From assembly GCA_965243025.1 (NCBI GenBank), contig CBDETY010000003.1, forward strand, positions 5,344,001-5,408,000: a stretch of 64,000 bases of DNA, written 5' to 3'. The position numbers and the translations under genes were made by a program. Below, one piece after another: positions 56,277-64,000 of this stretch (its first letter is position 1; each line of letters begins with the position of its first letter). This DNA is from Candidatus Latescibacterota bacterium (GTDB lineage: Bacteria; Latescibacterota; UBA2968; UBA8231). The notes beneath the pieces were generated by a model. That model ran no database searches. It saw nothing but the letters and a program-made list of their open reading frames with translations, and was not told the DNA's origin.

Positions 56277-59200
56277 TCACTTCCTCCCGGCGGCGTGGAC
56301 GACCCTGCGGAACCACAGCGCGAGGTCGTCGAGAAGGGAGTATAGAGTAGGAGCCAATACGAGGGTCAGCACGGTGGAGCAGATCAACCCGCTGACGACG
56401 ACGAGGCCGACCGGACCCCAGCGCCTGGAGAACCCTTCCGAGGTTCCGTAGACCATCGGCAGAACCAGCGGCATCAGGTTGAGAACGGTGGTCGTGGCCG
56501 TCATCAGGATCGGACGCAGGCGGTTCTGGCCGCCGCGCAGGATCGCCTCGGTACGGGCCATGCCCTCCCGGCGGTAGTGGTTGATGTGATCGACCAGCAC
56601 GATGCCGTTGTTGACGACGATGCCGAACAGGATCAGCAGCCCCAGGATGCCGTTGTTGTCGAGGGGCACGTCGAGCAGGTAGAGGCCGGCCGAGACGCCG
56701 ATGAGGGAGAAGGGGATGGCCAGCATGATCGTGAAGGGGTGGATCAGCGACTCGAACAGGGAAGCCATGATCAGGTAGATGAGCAGCAGCGCGAACAGCA
56801 GCGTGAAGGTGTTGGCCTGGGTGTCCTGCTGCATCCAGCGCGCCGCCCTCCCCAGGTCCCAGGAGTACCCCGCCGGCAGGGAGAAACCGGCCATCATGCT
56901 GCGCACCGTTCCCATCAGGCCGAACGCCTGCATGCGGTTCTCGGTGTTGGCGAAGATGTTCATGGTGTGCTCCCGGTCCTCGCGCACCAGGTTCTTCGGA
57001 CCTTCGGCTACCTGGAAGTCGGCGACGGCGGCCAGCTGGATGCGCGTTTCGTCGCGGCCGTCGAAGCTGCTGTTCTTCAGCTGCTCGAGGTCGACCCGGT
57101 CCTCCTCCTCGAGCTGCAGAACCAGGTCGATCTCGCGGTCCTCCGCCTTGAAGGTCGAGGTGCGCCGGGTCCCCAGCGCTGTGGATATGGTGGTGGCGAC
57201 GTCGCGCGGCGACAGCCCGTACTCCAGCGCCTGCTCGCGGTCTACGGAGACGCGGATCTCCTCCTCCCCGTCCTCGAGGCTGGTGTCGACGTCCTTGACG
57301 CCGGGCAGCTGTCCGAGGGCGGATTCGATGTCTTCGGCGAGCAGGGCGAGCACGTCCTGGTCCCGCCCCTTCAGCTGCACCTCGACTCCCAGCATGTTCC
57401 CCTGCCAGCTGCGCCGCCGCCCCATCCTCCAGGTCACCCCGACGGTTTCGGGCAGCAGCGCCTTGATGGCCTCTCCCGCCTCGGCAGTCGTCATGCTGCC
57501 GTCGTCGGCATCGACGAGACGGGCGGTGATCCTGCCGCGGCGCTGGCGGAAGTTGGTGTTGAGCGACTCGATGTCGAGCTCCCCGGCGCGCGCCAGCAGC
57601 CGCTGCTCGATGTCGCCGAACATCGCTTTCACCTCGTCGAGGGAGTAGTTCCGGTCGATCTCGGCGGAGATGTCGACGCGGCGCTCCGGGGTCCAGGGAG
57701 TGCCGCGCTGCTCGAGCTGCATGAACAGGTAGATCCCGGTTCCCATCAGCAGGGCGGAGGCGAACAGGGTGGCGAGGCGGTGCGACAGGGTCCAGCGGAG
57801 GAGGCCGACGTAGGCGCCGCGCATGCCGCGGCGGCGGCACTGCCAGGCGGCTGCCGCGGTGACCGCCCCGGCTGCGGCCAGACCCGCCGCGGTCGTCCAC
57901 TGCATGCCGGCGACCCTCTCGGCGAGACGGCTGCCGGTGCGGCCCGCCCAGGCCGTCAGGCCTTCCCAGGTGAGCTCGTGGAGGCCCAGGGAAGCCAGGA
58001 CCAGCAGGGCCAGCAGCACCAGGCCTTTCAGCACGCGGTCGAAACGGTCGTAGCGCTGCTTGAAGAGGCGCGAGCTGGCCAGCGGGATGAGCGCCAGGGA
58101 AACCACCGTCGACACGGCCACGGCAAGGCAGATCGCCAGCCCGGCGTCCCTCATCCAGGCCGTCATGCGGCTGCTCGACAGGAAGAAGAAGGGAATGAAC
58201 ACGACCATGGTGGTAAGGGACGAGGCGATCACCGCCATGCCGATCTCGCGCGCCCCCGACAGCGCCGCTTCGCCCGGCTCCGCTCCTTCCTCCTGGCGCC
58301 GGCGGAAGATGCTCTCCAGCGTCACAACCGCGGGGTCGACGAGCATGCCGACCGCCAGCATGAGGCCGGTCATGGTCACCATGTTCAGGGTCACCGTCGA
58401 CCCGAAGAACTCGCGGGCGGCGAAGAGCCCGGTGAACACGCACAGGACAGACACCGGTATGGCGACCGATATCACCAGGGTGCTGCGGATGTTGCGCAGG
58501 AACAGGAAGATGATGCCGACCGCCAGGACCGCCCCGAGCAGGGCCGAGTCGGAGAGCTTGTCCACTTCCCGCAGCACCTGCTCGGAGCGGTCGCGGACGA
58601 TCTCGATTTCCAGGTCCCCGCCGTACGACAGCTCGATCTCCTCCAGGGCCGCCCTGACGTCGGCGGCCATGTCGACGAGGTTGGCGGTCGAGGACTTGTA
58701 CACCTCGACGGTGACGGCGTCGGCGCCGTTGAGGCGCTCGTAGCGCTTCTTCTCGGGGTAGTCGTAGTTGACCGGGCCGACGTCCTCCAGCCTCAGGGAG
58801 GTGCCGGCCAGCGGCAGCTCGCCGATCTCCCCGGCGCGGGCGAACTCGCCGAGAGCCCGCACCTGGTAGCGCTGGCCGCCGTCCAGCACGCGGCCGAGAG
58901 AGACGTTGACGTTGTTGTCCCGGACCTGCCGGGAGAGATAGGGCAGCGACACGTCGTGGTCCTGCAGCCGCTGCTGGTCGAGCTCGACGATCAGCTGCTT
59001 TTCCTCGACGCCCTCGACGGTGACGTTGGCGACCCCGTCGAGGCGCAGAAGCTGCGGCTCGATGACCTTGCGGTATATGTCGAAGAGGCGGTCCCCCTGT
59101 CCGCGCCAGGCGACGTTGGCGTAGACCGACGGGCGCTCGTCGCTCTGCCAGCGGCGGATGCGCACGTTCCGGACGTCGGCGGGAAGGTTTCCCCTGACCG

Positions 59201-59540
59201 CCTCGACCCGCTCGCGCACCTCCATGGTGGCGATGTCCATGTCGGTGCCGGCCTTGAACTCGACGCGCACCGACGAGTTGGAGGAGGTGGAGGTGGCGCT
59301 GATGCGGTCGATGTTGCCGAGAAGGGCCACCGACTCCTCCAGTGGCCGGGTGATATCCCGCTCCACTTCCTCGGGAGAGGAGGACGGGTAGGAGACGTTG
59401 ACGTTCACCCCGAGCGAGGAAATGCTCGGGAACGACTCCAGCGGCAGGCGCGTGAGGGAGATGACCCCGAGCACGATCATGCTCAGGGTCGCCATCACCA
59501 TTGTGATCGGCCGCGCCACGGCGAATTCGGCGAGTTTCAT
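56277..59540 (-). CDS. RND (AcrB/AcrD/AcrF family) permease 2
   Basis: RPIT..M, GMLVD, GIVVNNGIVLVD and RLRPILMT. Confidence 0.93.
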   Translation of the reverse strand: MKLAEFAVARPITMVMATLSMIVLGVISLTRLPLESFPSISSLGVNVNVSYPSSSPEEVERDITRPLEESVALLGNIDRISATSTSSNSSVRVEFKAGTDMDIATMEVRERVEAVRGNLPADVRNVRIRRWQSDERPSVYANVAWRGQGDRLFDIYRKVIEPQLLRLDGVANVTVEGVEEKQLIVELDQQRLQDHDVSLPYLSRQVRDNNVNVSLGRVLDGGQRYQVRALGEFARAGEIGELPLAGTSLRLEDVGPVNYDYPEKKRYERLNGADAVTVEVYKSSTANLVDMAADVRAALEEIELSYGGDLEIEIVRDRSEQVLREVDKLSDSALLGAVLAVGIIFLFLRNIRSTLVISVAIPVSVLCVFTGLFAAREFFGSTVTLNMVTMTGLMLAVGMLVDPAVVTLESIFRRRQEEGAEPGEAALSGAREIGMAVIASSLTTMVVFIPFFFLSSSRMTAWMRDAGLAICLAVAVSTVVSLALIPLASSRLFKQRYDRFDRVLKGLVLLALLVLASLGLHELTWEGLTAWAGRTGSRLAERVAGMQWTTAAGLAAAGAVTAAAAWQCRRRGMRGAYVGLLRWTLSHRLATLFASALLMGTGIYLFMQLEQRGTPWTPERRVDISAEIDRNYSLDEVKAMFGDIEQRLLARAGELDIESLNTNFRQRRGRITARLVDADDGSMTTAEAGEAIKALLPETVGVTWRMGRRRSWQGNMLGVEVQLKGRDQDVLALLAEDIESALGQLPGVKDVDTSLEDGEEEIRVSVDREQALEYGLSPRDVATTISTALGTRRTSTFKAEDREIDLVLQLEEEDRVDLEQLKNSSFDGRDETRIQLAAVADFQVAEGPKNLVREDREHTMNIFANTENRMQAFGLMGTVRSMMAGFSLPAGYSWDLGRAARWMQQDTQANTFTLLFALLLIYLIMASLFESLIHPFTIMLAIPFSLIGVSAGLYLLDVPLDNNGILGLLILFGIVVNNGIVLVDHINHYRREGMARTEAILRGGQNRLRPILMTATTTVLNLMPLVLPMVYGTSEGFSRRWGPVGLVVVSGLICSTVLTLVLAPTLYSLLDDLALWFRRVVHAAGRK

Positions 59541-59658
59541 CTTTTACGCTCCTCCGGCGGTTCTGCCCGCCCGTGAAAGCGCAGGGCGGCCGGGTGAGAG
59601 AGCGGGACAGGCAGGGGGCAAGACACCCGCGTCCGTCGGGACTCAGTTGCAACCGGGT

Positions 59659-62807
<3,149 letters not shown>

Positions 62808-62811
<4 letters not shown>

Positions 62812-64000
62812 CGCTCCCTGCCGGGGCCGGAAGCGCCCGCCGAATCCCCTTCCGTTCTCGCGGCCATGCGCGACTTCAAGCGCTTCCAGGACTCGACCGC
62901 TTCGGCCTCGCTGAGACCGCGGCGCTCCTGCATGCGGGCGACGAAGGCGGCCGAATCCGGCATCTCACCGTCGCGGCCGAAGGGGCCCCCTCGGAAGCCG
63001 CCCCCTCCGGGGCGGCCGCCGCCGAAGTCCGGAGGCCGCCGCCCGCCGGGAGGCCCGCCTCCGGATTCGGCGTTCTCTACCGCGGCCGCGGCCATCTGCG
63101 CCGCCTCGCTGCCGACGGTGCGCACCGCGGAGCCGTCCTTCAGGCCCTGCTGGCCGATAGTGATGACCGCCTCCCCCTCCGCGAGCCCGGAGACCACCTC
63201 GACGAGATCGCCGCTGACGTACCCCAGCTCGACCCCGCGGCGCCGGGCGCGTCCCTCCTCGATCACGAAGACGTCATCCTCGTCGGTCTCCAGCACCAGC
63301 GCCTTCTTGGGGATGACCAGGGTTCCGGCGTGCACGTCGGTGATCAGCCGCACGGTGACGAACATTCCGGGCTTGAGCCCGGTTCCTCCCGATACCTCGA
63401 GGGTGACCTTCACCGTGCCGCTCTGGGGATCGACACCGGGGTTGATCATCCGCACCTGCGCCGTCACGGGATCTTCTTCGCTGCCGGCCGCGGTGATCTC
63501 GGCGCGCTGGCCGACCTGCACCTGCCGCACCCGTTTTTCCGGGATGCGGATGCGCGCCAGCAGCGGTTCGAGGTCGGCTACGGCGAACAGCTCCTCGTTG
63601 GCGCGCACGAGATCGCCGACCTCGACGTTGCGCTGCATCAGCAGGCCGGCGATCGGGGCGCGGATGTCCGCGTAGGCGAGGTTGAGGCGCGACTCCTTGA
63701 GCGCGACCTCGGCGTTGGCCAGCTGGTTGCGGGCGCTCTCGTAATCCTCCTCGCTGAGAAGCTGGCGTTCGAAAAGGGCCTGCCGGCGGCTGTGGGAGGC
63801 GCGCGCCTGGCCCAGCGCCACCTCGTCCTGTTCCACGCGCAAGCTCAGCTCGGCCTTGTCGAGACGGGCGAGCAGCTGCCCCTCGCCGAGGCGGTCTCCC
63901 TCCTCGACGAGCAGCTCCTCGAGGGGCCCCTGGGTGCGCGCCACCACAGTCACCCAGCGCTCCGCCTCGAGGCGCGCGTGCGTCTCGATGTAGCTGGAAA
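62808..64000 (-). CDS. RND periplasmic adaptor (MFP), 5' truncated by the window edge
   Basis: VEEGD....G..LA.LD, IRAPIAG, I.P.VDP.SGT and LKPGMF; Gly/Pro-rich C-terminal extension. Confidence 0.92.

Overview
High-GC bacterial chromosome segment. The C-terminal 'WGxxK' protein tails suggest a Latescibacterota/Poribacteria-like lineage (inference). Both flanks are housekeeping or metabolic. The left flank has trxB, sat and oxidoreductases. The right flank has purN, arsC, prpBC, purA, serA, engB, clpX-clpP-tig with tRNA-Leu, glyQS, recO, ftsB, proB, hisFH, proC, a histone-H1-like/SWIB protein, carA, a uxaA-like gene, aroC and a two-permease RND-TolC operon. Between about 8.3 and 24.84 kb lies a visibly lower-GC accessory island with no integrase, built from a repeated module: [small protein 'B' - structured leader - sigma-70/ECF-like sigma factor] -> conserved promoter-like motif CCGACA-N14-CCGGT(A/T) -> an uncharacterised ~360-390 aa putative TIM-barrel enzyme 'A', facing a convergent secreted TolB-like beta-propeller. 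The island holds 3 A paralogs, 4 propeller paralogs, 1 FGE-domain protein, 1 intact, 1 nonsense-disrupted and 1 deleted sigma copy, and 2 complete plus 1 partial B copies. All five predicted exported proteins end in a P-T-x-V-x-x-x-x-W-G-x-x-K-like tail. Two small MITE-like repeat families occur in the flanks. All calls come from reading the sequence; no database searches were run.
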